Shown in pieces: positions 51,658-64,000 of a stretch of DNA of 64,000 bases. The stretch lies in NCBI RefSeq assembly GCF_030684315.1, contig NC_081397.1, positions 1,054,001-1,118,000 on the forward strand, read 5' to 3'. How positions within the stretch are numbered: the stretch's first letter is position 1; every line of letters begins with the position of its first letter. A program made the translations under genes and the position numbers. Below the pieces are notes generated by a model, which was not told where the DNA came from, did no database searches, and saw only the letters and a program-made list of their open reading frames with translations. Source of the stretch: Stegostoma tigrinum. Taxonomy: Eukaryota.

Positions 51658-52639
51658 GTAAGTAACAACAGCTGTTTATTTTATTTTCTATGAACAAAGT
51701 TTAACTGGATTATTATTCATGTGGTTCATTGCAGCATTATTGATGAGATTGGTGTTTCTGAGATGATTCCATAGAAAGTTGTAATTTTAGAATCCACTGC
51801 TTTATTCTTGTCTCTGTGATGTTAACTAACTTCCTTTTTTTTGGTTTCAGGTGGTAGGTGTCAGCATTCAATTTGTATGTTTGTAAACCTTACTATTCTC
51901 CATTGTTGATCTTCTTATTTTCGTGCTGGGAACACCAAACCATTCTCTCCAGTATTCACCAAAGCCATGGTTTGCCGTCAGATTCTATCAAATAAGTAAA
52001 TAATACTGTTTTACATCTGCATGTCTGTGGCAATGTTTTCAGGCCCACTTTAACAGTTTGTGCCATCCTAATTTCTGTTATTATGTGTTCAGCTTGTTAT
52101 TGGCAAATATGTGTTTTTCATCTAATTACTGGATCTTTCAAGAATGGAAATGACTTCCCTGCAATATAAATGAAAAAAAATCCAGAAACCTTCTTCGGAA
52201 CACTTTTTTCAACATGTTACAATTATGCATTTTAATGCTTGATGGGTAAAATAGAATTTCTCCCAGCCACTTTGGATTCTTTTATCAGTTGTGTTACTGC
52301 CCAATCACATTATTATTAATCATAACCAACCTAGAGAAACAGTTCTGCATCAAATAAATCATCAAGTAAATTAATTCTCCTCTTAATCTTCTCAACTCAA
52401 AACTGAACTATCCTATTTTGCGCATTCTCCTCTGTAAATGCATAATATGTCCTCAGGGGAAAAAAAACTTCCTTTGTATGATTTATCACTCTCTCTGCAT
52501 TCTTCACATCATCACTCCTGGCACCCCTTCTACAACAGCCAGCCAATGACACTCAGATAAGATCAAGGGTATTCTGTCGAACTTTCAGAGCATCTACCTT
52601 GTTGCCTACAGTTCTGTTCACCATACTACTAGAAGAATG

Positions 52640-53122
52640 TGGTTGATGCTTTGAGAGGATAGCGATAAAGGTTTAGCAGGACATTGCTTGGTATGGCTGG
52701 ATTTTACCTCTGATTAAGAGACTAATTGGAATAGATTAGCTTTGTTTTCAATGAAGCAGGAGTTGAGATTCATAAGATTGGAAATCTCATGGATGGAGTG
52801 GAAAATGTTAGGCTTTTCCAAAGGTGGGGAGGGGGGCTCCATTACGAGAGGGCACACATTCAAGGCGCGAGGGGCAATTTTAAAAGAGATGTGCGAGGTA
52901 AGTTTTTCGCACAAAGGGTGGAGAGTACCTGGAACACACTGCCAGAGGAGGTGGAGGAAGCTGGCACAATAGCAGCATTTGAAAATCACCTGGAAGAATA
53001 CATGAATGGGAAGAACATGGGGGAATACAAATCCTGTAAGTGAAGGCACCCTTCGCTGGGAAGGGCAAAATGTGAAGGTACAGGCCTGGATGTTCTGCTC
53101 CTGTGCTGGATTGTTCTTTGTT
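52640..53122 (+). mobile_element. CR1-like LINE 3' end (intronic)
   Basis: ITRGHTFKARG; DVRGKFFAQRVESTWNTLPEEV; tail TGTTCTTTGTTCT ~60 nt before the acceptor. Confidence 0.8.
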
Positions 53123-53182
53123 CTTTAAGTTTTTCTCATTTCCTAAACAAAATATGTGCATGTTTGTTACTCTTACTTCCAG

Positions 53183-54075
53183 TGAACTTTGTGACAATTC
53201 TGATTCTGTCCCGTGGGAAGTGTGATCTGTCCAAATGTGTCACTCTCTACCTGGTGGCTATGGCAGTTGCGGACCTACTGGTTATTATCTTCGATCTCAT
53301 CTTCAGACACATTCCAATTGTTTACCGTGATGAGTTCCATTTCTTGTTTTCTATCCCCATGTGCAATATCCACGCTGTCGTGCTTTATGCAGCCACTGAC
53401 TGTTCTGTTTGGTTCACCGTCAGTTTCACCTTCGATCGCCTTATTGCCATTTGCTGTCAGAAGCTGAAAAGCAAATACTGCACTGAACGAACAGCCGCTA
53501 TGGCTCTGGGAACGGTGACTGCTTTGAGCTGCATGAAGAACATTTCCTGGTATTTCATGCTAATGGGTAACTATTATCAGATCAACTTACCCTGGTTTTG
53601 TCTCTTAAGGAAAAATGTTTTAAAGTCTGTGCTCTGGGTGACGATTGAATTTTTACATCATATATTAACACCGTGCTGCCCTTTCATCTTGATTTTGTTG
53701 TTCAATGCAATAACTGTGAAAAATATTTTATTGACAAGCAGAGCCCGTAGAAGACTGCATGCTTCTCGTAGTGGCAGAGATCCAGAGATGGAGAATCGGA
53801 GGAAATCCATCAATTTACTCTTCATTCTCTCAGCTAATTTCATTATCTTATGGTCAACCTTAATGGTGTTTTCTATTTGGTATCGGATGTTTTCTTTGGG
53901 GTATTATTCTGTATCATTGCTTCCTTTTGTGCTTGAGTTGGGATTCATGCTTCAGCTCCGGAGTTGCTGTACGAACACTGGTATTTATGCTGTAACTCAG
54001 ACAAAATTCAGAAAGAATTTGGTGAATGTCGTAAAATTCCCCTTTACTGCAATCATTAAATCAATTGTGAGATAA
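53183..54075 (+). CDS. Probable G-protein coupled receptor 139-like, exon 2 (spliced product 385 aa, open frame)
   Basis: Acceptor CTTACTTCCAG at 53182; LNFVTILILSRGKCDLSKCVTLYLVAMAVADLL, DCSVWFTVSFTFDRLIAICC, DPEMENRRKSI, SCCTNTGIYAVTQTKFR; hydrophobic segments consistent with 7TM; no internal stops. Confidence 0.92.
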
Positions 54076-54549
54076 GGATGGAATGAATGAAAAATTGGTC
54101 TTTTTCCCAAATATTTTGCTGAGGTTTGTGGGAATTGAGACAACAACAAATGTGTGTTTCATTTTAAATCTGAATGAAATCAAATAGGGTTCTGTCCCTG
54201 TCTAAATGATTAAGATAGACAAAAAGTGGAACAGTAAATGCGGCAGCAGGATTAAATCCTACTCTGATGGTGACCATGAGACAATTGGTGACAATGAGGG
54301 AAAAAAGATTACCGCCACATCACTCTTCCCTTGGTTATCAGTAAACTGAGGAAATCTGTCATCAACAGAGCAATGAAGGAGCACTTGCTCAGTAACAACC
54401 TGCTCACTGGGGTCCTGTTTTGGTTTCTAACCCCTTCTGCCCAGACCTCATCACAGCCTTGACAATGGAGAATACTTGTACAGCTGGTGAACATGACTCC
54501 CCATCGCATTGATGCTATTTTTGATGGTTATTGCAGAAATTATGTGGTT

Positions 54550-55055
54550 TAATTCCAGCGTCAGGTGACTGCGAGTGTGGAAATTGCATGTTCATCTGTC
54601 TCCACATGGACACTTCGGTTTCTTCTTGGAGTCCAAGGATGTGCGGGTTAGGGTGGATTGGCCATGCTACATTGTCCTGTTGTGCCCAGGGATATGCAGG
54701 TTAGGGTGGGATTGGCCATGATACATTGTCCTGTAGTGCCCAGGGATGTGCGGGTTAGGGTGGATTGTCCATGCTAAATTGTCCCGTAGTGCCCAGGATG
54801 TGCTGGTTAGGTTGGATTGGCCATGCTAAATTCCCCCGTTGCGCCCAGGGATATGCAGGTTAGGGTGGATTGGCCGTACTAAATTGTCCCATAATACCCA
54901 GGGATGTGCGGATTACTGGGTGATTAACCATAGAAAATGCATGGTTAGGGGTATAGGGTTTGGTCGGTGGGTTGTTCTGGGTAGGATGATCATTTGCGGG
55001 CCTGTACAGTCTTGGCAAGCCAAATGGCCTTTGTCTTCATCTTTGGCATTCTATG
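54550..55055 (+). mobile_element. HE1-like SINE with an expanded internal ~53-bp tandem array
   Basis: Units GGATGTGCGGGTTAGGGTGGATTGGCCATGCTAAATTGTCC..TAGTGCCCAG start at ~54637, 54690, 54744, 54796, 54849 and (partial) 54902. Confidence 0.85.
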
Positions 55056-55059
55056 AATC

Positions 55060-56350
55060 CACGAACATGACCTACCTGGTTCCTTCTCCCAAAGGGTGTC
55101 ACCTCAGATGTGTCAGTGTTTCGTTGCATCAGCTACTGACCTGCACACTGGATCATACTGTTTATATCCTCTTGTAACCTAATGCACTCCTCTTCACTGT
55201 CTACCACCTGGCCAATTATTGTGTCTTCCTCAAAAATACCTGTCTTTATTTCCACGTTCTCAACTAAGTTATGTTTTGAACATAATAGCAATGGAACCAG
55301 CACTAATCCCAATGGTAAGTCACTGCAAACCTTCTCCAAGCAGCTTTCCACCATCGCGCAATATCTCCTGTAAAGAAGACAAATTTGAATCCAAATTTGC
55401 GACCGTATCCTGATATCCTGAGCTTTCATCTTCTTCTTCAGTCTCCCCAAGGGCCCTCATGGAAAGCCTTGCTGAAATCTAACTGAACGATAGAGAATGT
55501 CCTCCCATTATCTGAACTCCTGGTCATCTCCTCACAAAAATTCCTGCAGATTTATTAGGCCTCCATCTGGCAGAGCCATTTGGAATAAACCTGATCAAAA
55601 TTGCTTCTCCAAGTCCAAAGATGTGCAGGTCAGGAGGATTGGCTGGACTAAACTGGAAAGGTGAAGTGGATTAATCATGACAAATGCAGGGTTACAGGGG
55701 TAAGTTCGTGGTTTAGGCCTGAGTGGATTGCTGTTTGGAGTCAATGCCGACCTGATGGACTGAAAGGCCACCTTATATACTGCACAATTCTACAATGGTA
55801 AGGTTTTAAATGAGGATTAATTTTCTCCTTTACTATTTTTTTCCATTACTACTAGTGTTCGGCTCACTCGCCTATAGATCTCTGGTCTATCTATAATATC
55901 TTCCTTGCAAACTGGAACAACATTAGCTGTCATACAACACTCCCCTGTTGCCAGAGATGAGTTAAGATTTCATCAACACTCTTAAGTTTTATCCTTACCT
56001 CCCACAGCGACCTGCGATATACTTCATGTGGCCCTGGCATTCGCTCAATTTTAAATCCAACAAAATCTCCTATATGCTTCTTATATGCGTCAGACAAAAA
56101 AATCCACAACCCCATTTTGCACTTCAGCTTTCCCTCGCCGAGAGAAGCCATATGAAGTACTCATTTAACAGTCTGCCAAAGTCACTGCATTTCACCTGCT
56201 AAATAACCCATGGTCCCTTATGGGCTTTCCGCGTTCCCTGGCCATTCCATTCCCTTGATATATTCGTTTAACATTTTGGGACGTTTCTCTCATCGTACCT
56301 ACCAGTGTATTCACAGATGCCAATTGCTCTCCTAATTGATTTCTGGAGTT
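55060..56350 (-). mobile_element. Decayed CR1-like RT fragments, interrupted by a SINE fragment at ~55610-55795
   Basis: LPLGLVLVPLL...FEEDTIIGQVVDSEEECIRLQEDI resembles the CR1 PQGSVLGP/FADDTK region. Confidence 0.65.
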
Positions 56351-56729
56351 AACAATCCCCATGTTAGGAAGGGTAGATTAAACCCCTCTGGATATGAAAA
56401 TTGAAACACAAGCCTCTCGTCTATGGGAGTAGAAGTCCGTTTCCAGTAATTAAACCCAAAACACCACTGAAACTCACCTCACCTCATCTTATTAGTATAA
56501 CATTTGCAGAGAAGGGGAGGTTGAATGAAAGAAAATCCCTGATATTCAAGTAATAAGTAGCAAGTAACAATTTGTTGATTTAACCTGAACAGTGAACAAT
56601 TTAACAGAGTTACTAACAAGCTGAACAATTCCCCCAGAACTATAAACTATTCCCTGATCGAACTGAATTCTACTGGCATGCTATTCCAATTAACACAAGC
56701 TCTACTTAAATAAAAAAAAGAACTATGGA

Positions 56730-57515
56730 TGGTGCAAATCAGAAACAAAGCCAGAAGTTGCTGGAAAATCTCAACAGGTCTGGCAGGATCTGTGGCTGGT
56801 GATAGTGGTTGGGAAAACATCAGTTTTATATGCAGAAAATAGGGAGGGGTTGGTGTCGGGAGTAAATGATAGGATAGAGCCTAAAGAGAGAGAAAGACGG
56901 TTGTGCAGACTAAGGAGTCGAAAAAGATCAGGCGGGGAGGGTGAGTAGCTGTTAATGGGGACTGTTCGTGACTAACAACAGGTCGTGTAACGGCAGGCTC
57001 TGAATAGCAAGGCCTGGTGTGTGGGGTTGGGGACTGGGACATGGGAGGGTTTAGACCCTAAAAGTATTGAACTCAATATTGAGCCCGGAGGGCTACAGGG
57101 TCCCCAAAAACGGAAAATGAGGAATTGTTCTTCCAGCTTGCATTGAACTTTGCTGGAACACCGCAGCAAGCCAGAGACAAAGATGTTGGTCTGGGAAGAG
57201 GGTGGTGTGTTAAGCTGGCAGGCAACAGGTAATTCAGGGACTTACTTACAATCAGAACATAGATGTTCTGCGAAGCCGTCACCCATTATCACATAACCTG
57301 CTATTACACTGCATGTTATTGGTCACTAATAATGGCATTTCGCTCTCCCATCGATTTTCAATAGCCTTCTCCCTATTTTCTGCATACAAACTGATATTTT
57401 CCCAGCCACCATAACTTCTGAGGACGGGTCACCACACTAGAAATGTTAACGCTGTTTTTAATTCACCAATGTTGCCAGATCTGCTGAACTTTTCCAGCAA
57501 CTTTGTTTTTGCTCC
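56730..57515. mobile_element. Head-to-head inverted PLE subfamily-B insertion (minus arm to ~57285, plus arm from ~57286)
   Basis: Minus ORF LRCSSKVQCKLEEQFLIF; both outer ends carry TTTTCCAGCAACTT-type tails; decayed hammerhead at ~57418-57450. Confidence 0.75.
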
Positions 57516-57934
57516 CACTTACAGAAACCCAATTAGGAAAGTAAATTAAAATTTAGTCCCTCAAAGCCTACATGCCTTTCGTCTGCTGTCCCCAATACAT
57601 AAATGCCTACCGTCCGCTCACCTGGCTGTCATAGAACATAGAGCATAGAACAGTACAGCACAGTAAGGCCCTTCGGCCCCCGATGTTGTGCCGAACTTTT
57701 AACCTGATCCTCAGGTTTATCTATGGAACGCTTCACAAACTCATGGATGCTTTCTCTGTGATGTCTGTTGTGAGGTCTCTTGCCTGCAAGTGCTGTGGTA
57801 CTTTTTATGGATAGATCGTGCTTTCTGAAGAGAGATCAGTGATTTCTTGTGACAGCCTGATTCTTATTTCTCAGATGGTGATTCAGTCTCACACCGATTT
57901 TCAAAACTCGTCTCCTTATGTATCTTGGCAGATT

Positions 57935-58222
57935 GGATTAGATTCCCTCCAGTGTGGAATCAGGCCCTTCGTCCCAACAAGTTCACACAGCCCCGTGAAG
58001 CCACCCAGACCCACACACCCCTGAACACCTCGGTCAATTTAGCATGGCCGATCCACCTAGTCTGTACATCTTTGGACTGTGGGAGGAAACCGGGGCACCC
58101 GGAGGAAACCCATGCAGACATAGGGAGATCATACAAACTCTGCACAGACAGTCACCCGAGGCTGGAATCGAACCCAGGTCCCTGGCGCTGTGAGACTGCT
58201 AGCCACTGAGCCACCATGCCGC
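57935..58222 (-). mobile_element. HE1-like SINE, full length
   Basis: Minus strand A box TGGCTCAGTGG, B box GGTTCGATTCC, core TGGGTTTCCTCCGGGTGCCCCGGTTTCCTCCCACAGTCCAAAG. Confidence 0.9.
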
Positions 58223-59110
58223 CCCCCACACCATCACCACCCCACCCCACTCCGATCGCAATTATCTTACAACATTGATCTGAGGTTGTCAAAACCATCA
58301 GATGTAAATTCAGTTCGTTTTCAATCAATAAGTGCTCAGTGTAAATTAATTGGCTGATTCTGGCGAGTTGCCAAAACATCAAAACAAGTCTAAAGCTTCC
58401 AATCACACAGCCAATTGACACGTTTCAATTTTAGAACCATCTGTACGTCTTCAGCTGCTTAGGTACTTTTTCTGCATAAATCTCGAAGCTGAGAAAAACA
58501 TTTTAAATCTCAATGGAGCCACGCACTCTTATCCCTTATGATTTTTAAACGAACAAATTCCAACATCCTGCCTTCTAATTCACAATTACTCTACACAACT
58601 TCGTAATACCTCCTCCCTGAAGGGAGTAAAAACACACCATTATCAAATGATGCCTTCATGTAAAAAAAATCTTCACACCAATGTCACGAGACACATAGGT
58701 CAGTAATCTAAAGTTGCATCTTTCATCCTAATTCTCATTTATATATTACATTGGACCATAATGGCTCTGTCTGGTCTGCACATTTTCTTTAAAACCAGCG
58801 ATAATGCAGCTACAACGATATTTTAATGACCCATCATGTTATATCAATTAAAAGCCTGCAACTTAAGACTCGAGCAAAATAGTCTTGTATTCTAGCTCTG
58901 AAATCTTTCCAGAAAGGTGAGAGGGTTGTGTTCTAAGTGCACAGCCATCTCTGAAATATTATTTGTGACATAAACATCAAAATGTTGTTTGGCAATAACC
59001 GGCCGTGGTCTTTATTTTCACCTTAAGGTAATTACATTCAGTAATACATTTTGATTCCTTTTCCAAGGAGGTTTTTTTTATCCTTGAGGTATTACAACTG
59101 CCGATGTTGA

Positions 59111-60490
59111 ACCTCCTCTCACCCACCTTCCTGCAAGAATGCTACTCCCCATTCCCAATTGTTCACCTCCTCTCACCCACCTTCCTGTGAGAATGTTATC
59201 CCATTTTCCCAAATCCTTTGCCTCCACCACCTCTGCTCCCAAGATGAGGCATTCCATCCCAGAAAACCGAGATGTCCTCATTTCCCAAGGGCCACTCCTC
59301 CCCATCCCCACAGTTTTCAAAAATACCCTCAACCACATCTCTAGCGTTTCCTGCACCTCATCCCTCACACCCACTCCCTGCAATATCAGCAAAGTCAGAA
59401 TTGCCTGAGTCCTGACGTATCACCCTATCAACCTCTGGATTCAATGCTTCATTCCCTGCCACTTCTGCCACCTGCAATCTGACCCCACTACCAAGGATAT
59501 ATTTCCTCTCGACCCTTATCTGCCTTCTAGACCAAGCACTCTCTACACGACTCCTTCATCCGCTCCACAGTCCCCACTAGCCCCACTCCCCCGGCACCTT
59601 TCCCTGAAAACATAGGAGGTGTGGCATCTGCCCGTACACCTGCACCCTCACCTCCATCCCAGGCCCAAAGAAAACCTTCCGCATGAAGCAGATGTTCACC
59701 TTCACATCGGCTGCTGTGGCTGATTGTGCCCGTTGCTCCCAATGTGGCATCCTCTACATCAGGGAAATCAAGCGAGGCTTGGAAACCGATTTGTGGAGCA
59801 TCTAGCTCTGTTTGTGACAAATGACAATAGCTCCCATTCACGAACCAGTTCAAACTTCCCTCCCACTCCTTGGACGACATGTCCATCCTGGGCCTCCTCC
59901 AGAGTCATGATGATGCCACATGAAAACTGGAGGCAAAACAAGTTGTGTTCCATCTGGGAACCCTACATCTCAATGGTCTCAATATGGACTTTACAAGGTT
60001 CAAAATCTCCCCAACCAACACCCCGCCCAACTCACCCCAAGACTAGCACCACCTCTCGACCCCGCCTCCTTGACATGTCTGTCATCCCTCCCACCTACCC
60101 GCTCCTTCCACCTCACTGACCAATGCCCAACCCAACTCCCTAACTGCACGCACTTTTACTGGCTCCATCCCTGTCTCCTTGACCTGTCCGTCTTCCCGCC
60201 CACCTACCCGCTCCTTCCACCTCACTGACCAATGCCCAACGCAACCTCCTTCCTGCACGCACTTTTACTGGCTCCATCCCCCCCTCCTTGACCTGTTCGT
60301 TTTCTCTCCACCTATCTGCTCTAGTATCCACCTTCTATCATCGGCTCCCCCCGCCCTTCTATTTATTTCAGAGCCCCATTCCCCTCCCCCATTTCTGAAG
60401 AAAGGTCCAGACCCAAAGCATCAGCTTTCCTATGCTTCTGATGCTGCCTGGCCTGCTGTGTTCATCCATTTCCAGACCAATTTATTCTCT
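59111..60490 (+). mobile_element. Degraded 5'-truncated PLE with internal tandem duplications
   Basis: Homologous to 39713-41045; ~54-bp duplication at the 5' end and 109-bp-period duplication at 60068-60292; decayed hammerhead at ~60395-60422. Confidence 0.88.
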
Positions 60491-61190
60491 GATGGCCTTT
60501 AGGGAAGGAAGCTGCCATTTTCATCTGGTCTTGCGTAATTGTGACTCCTGACCCACAGAAATGTGATTCATCAATTCATCGATTCATGGATGGTACAGCG
60601 CAGAAACAGACCCTTTGGTCCAATGTGCCCATGCCGACCAGCTCTGCCAATTTAATCTAGTCCCATTGGACAGCATTTGTCCCACACCACTCTCAATGCT
60701 TCGTATTCATGGAGAGGCAAGGGAGGACAGATCTTGTAACAGATCCTGTCATAACGGGCACATTGTTTGAAATACATTGAAACAGATGGCATGCATTTTG
60801 CCAGGACCAGATGGCTTGATGGCTAAAGGATTCCCCTGTCCAAAACAGGCAGAGGTTGAAAATGTGTTTCCTCTAATCAGTTAAATATTAACAAGGGGCT
60901 TAAGGACAGTGTAAAGGGGCAATCATTTAAAATGCAGGGTGCTATGAAATCTCTTCTCACATTGTGGTGAATGCCTATAATTACTTGTTTTAAATAGATC
61001 CGGAGGTGACAATGCTGAATGTATTTTGATACATGTTTAAACATTGCTAAACTATGAAAACTTGACACTGAACAGAATTTGAGTTCTGAGTCATGTCAGG
61101 GAAAGGTGCCGGGGGAGTGGGGCAAGTGGGGACTGTGGAGTGGATGAAGGAGTCTTGTAGAAATTGTACAAAGTCAGGGCAGGGTGGAAG

Positions 61191-64000
61191 ATAGAACATA
61201 GAACATAGAACATTACAGCACAGTACAGGCCCTTCAGCCCTCGATGTTGTGCCGACCTGTCATACCGATCTCACGCCCATCTAACCTACACTATTCCATG
61301 TACGTCCATATGCTTGTTCAATGACGACTTAAATGTACCTAAAGTTGGCGAATTTACTCCCGTTGCAGGCAAAGCGTTCCATTCCCTTACTACTCTCAGA
61401 GTAAAGAAACTACCTCTGACATCTGTCCTGTATCTTTCACCCCTCAATTTAAAGCGATGTCGCCTCGTGCTCGCCGTCACCATCCAAAGAAAAAGGCTCT
61501 CCCTATGCAGCTTATCTAACCCTCTGATTATTTTATATGTTTCAATTAAGTCACCTCTCAACCTTCTTCTCTCTCATGAAAACAGCCTCAAGTCCCTCAG
61601 CCTTTCCTCGTAAGACCTTCCCTCCATTCCAGGCATCCTTCTTCTGATGCAGTGACCAGAACTTTACACAACACTCCAAGTGCGGCCGCACCAGAGTTTT
61701 GTACAGCTTCACCATAACCTCTTGGTTCCAGAACTCGATCCTTCTATTAATAAAAGCTAACACATTGTATGCCTTCTTAACAGCCCTGTCACCCTGGGTG
61801 GCAACTTTCAAGGATCTGTGTACATGGGCACCGAGATCTCTCTGCTCATCTACACTACTAAGGATCTTACCATTAGCCCTGTACTTTGCCTTCTGGTTAC
61901 GCCTACCAAAGTACATCACCTCACACTTGTCTGCATTAAACTCCATTTGCCACCTCTCAGCCCAGCTCTGCAGCTTATCTCTGTCGCTCTGCAACCTATA
62001 GCATCCTTCGTCACTATCCAGAGCTCGACTGACCTTAGTGTTGTCTGAAAATTTACTAACCCATCCTTCTACGCCCTCATCCAGGTCATTTGTAAAAATG
62101 ACAAACAGCAGTGGACCCAACACCGACCCTTGCGGTACACCACCAGTAACTGGTCTCCAGGATGAATATTTCCCATCAACTACCACCCTCTGTCTTCTTT
62201 CAGCAAGCCAATTTCCGATCCAAACTGCTATATCTCCCACAATTCCATTCCTGCACATTTTGTACAATAGCCTATTGTGGGGAACCTTATCGAATGCCTT
62301 GCTGAAATCCATGTACACCACATCAACCGGTTTACTCTCATCTAGCTGTTTGGTCACCTTCTCAAAAAACTCAATAAGGTTTGTGAGGCACAACCTTCTC
62401 TTCACAAAACCGTGCTGACTATCCCTGGTCAATTTATTCTTTTCTAGATAATTATAAATCCTATCCCTTATAACCTTTTCCAACACTTTCCCAACAACTG
62501 AGGTAAGGCTCATTATGTCTATAACTACCAGGGCTGTCTCTACTCCCCTTCGTCAACACGGGAACCACATTTGCTATCCTCCAGTCATCTGGCACTATTC
62601 CTGTAGGCAAAGACGAGTCAAAGAGCAATGCCAAAGGCTCGGCAATCTCCTCCCTGGCTTCCCAGAGGATCCGAGGATAAATCTCTTCTGGCCCAGGGGA
62701 CTTATCTATCTTCACCCTCTGTAGGATTTCTAATACCTCTTCCTTGTGAACCTCAATCCCACCTAGTCTAGTAGCCTGTACCTCAGTATTCTCCTCGACA
62801 ACATTGTCATTTTCTAAAGTGAATACTGTTGAAAAATATTCATTTTGCACTTCCCCTATCTCATCTGACTCCACGCACAACTTACCACTACTATCCTTGA
62901 TTGGGCCTAATCTTAATTTCGTCATTCTTTTATTCCTTAAATACCTATAGAAAGCCTTGGGGTTTACCCTGATCCTATCCACGAACAACTTCTCATGTCT
63001 CCTCCTGGCTCTTCTGAGCTCTCTCTTTAGGTCTTTCCTGGCTACCTCGTAGCCCTCAAGTGCCCTAAATGAGCCTTCACATCTCATCCTAACATAAGCC
63101 TTCTTCTTCCTCTTGACCAGAGATTCCACCTCCTTCATAAACCACTGCACCTGCACACTACAGCTTCCTCCCTGCCTGACAGGTACATACTTATCAAGTA
63201 CACACAGGAGGTTTTCCTTTAATTATCTCCATATTTCTAATGTGCCCATCCCCTGCAGTTTCCTTCCCCATCCCATGCTCCCTAAATCTTGCCTAATCTC
63301 ATTGTAATTGCTTTTCCCCCAGCTAAAACTCTTGCCCAGTCGTATGCACATATCCCTTTCCATCACTAAAGTCAACATAACAGAATTGTGATCGCTATCA
63401 CCAAAGTGCTCACCTACTTCAAAATCTAACACCTGGCCAGGCTCATTACCCAGTACCAAATCTAACGTGGCTTCGTCCCTTGTTGGCCTATCTACATACT
63501 GTGTCAGGAATCCCTCCTGCACATGTTGCACAAAAACTGACCCATCCATAGTACTCCAACTATAGTGTTCCAAGTCAAAATTTGGAAAGTTGAAGTCCCC
63601 CACGACAACTACCTTGTCTCTCTTACTCCCATCGAGAATCATCTTTGCTATCCTTTCCTCTACAAATCTGGAACTATTGGGAGGCCTACAGAAAACTCCC
63701 AACAGGGTGACCTCTCCTTTCATGTTTCTAACCTCAGCCCACACTATCTCAGCTGACGAGTCCCCAAACATCCTTTCTGCAACTGTGATACTGTCCTTGA
63801 CCGACAATGCCACACCTCTGCCCCTTTTACCATCTTCTCTGTTCTCACTGAAACATCTAAATCCCGGAACCTGCAACAACCATTCCTGTCCCTGCTCTAT
63901 CCGTGTCTCCGAAATGGCCACAACATCGAAGTCCCAGGTGCTAACTCATGCTGCAAGTTCACCCACCTTATTCCGGATGCTCTTGGCATTGAAGTAGACA
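61191..64000 (-). mobile_element. CR1-clade LINE ORF2 (APE endonuclease plus RT) and 3' tail, disrupted; runs off the window
   Basis: AISET, GVFCRPP, VVGDFNFP, LDLVL, GDSDH (endonuclease); SQHGF, YMDFSKAFDKV, GVPQGSVLGPLLF, FSDNTK (degenerate FADD); (TTCTATG)n tail at 61191-61212; stops and frameshifts split the ORF. Confidence 0.95.

Noticed and set aside
54637-54935. CRISPR-like regularly spaced repeats
   Set aside because: Contiguous tandem units without unique spacers, inside a SINE, in eukaryotic DNA with no cas genes.
58150-58222. tRNA gene (A and B boxes)
   Set aside because: It is the tRNA-derived head of an HE1-like SINE; the same applies to ~44540-44612.
56362-58686. Possible LTR split by PLE, CR1 and SINE insertions (also LTR-like 44640-45060)
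   Set aside because: Termini and TSD are not clear enough to support a call.
61191-64000. Active autonomous CR1
   Set aside because: ORF2 is split by stops and frameshifts, and the catalytic motif reads FSDN rather than FADD.

Overview
Eukaryotic, repeat-dense DNA, inferred to be from a cartilaginous fish (shark) because of HE1/V-SINE-type SINEs, CR1 LINEs, Penelope-like elements and multiple GPR139-like receptors. Three co-oriented, two-exon GPR139/GPR142-like class A GPCR loci share a phase-1 intron in TM1: two are frameshifted (7868-9198, 21705-~24075) and one has an open 385-aa frame (51393-54075) with a 14-aa repeat ectodomain. Most of the rest is transposon-derived: Penelope-like elements (PLEs; RT + GIY-YIG), CR1 fragments including a long 3' part at 61191-64000, SINEs and probable solo LTRs. 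The main unannotated signal is a minimal type I hammerhead ribozyme motif (CUGAUGA-stem II-GAAACGUC) near the 3' end of the PLE copies. It occurs more than a dozen times, intact or decayed, often in head-to-head inverted PLE insertions. Also seen: an old ~560-bp inverted duplication (33945-35375) and a 59-bp-arm hairpin (42548-42715). There are two N gaps. Family assignments come from motif recognition only, no searches were run, and boundaries of old repeats are approximate.
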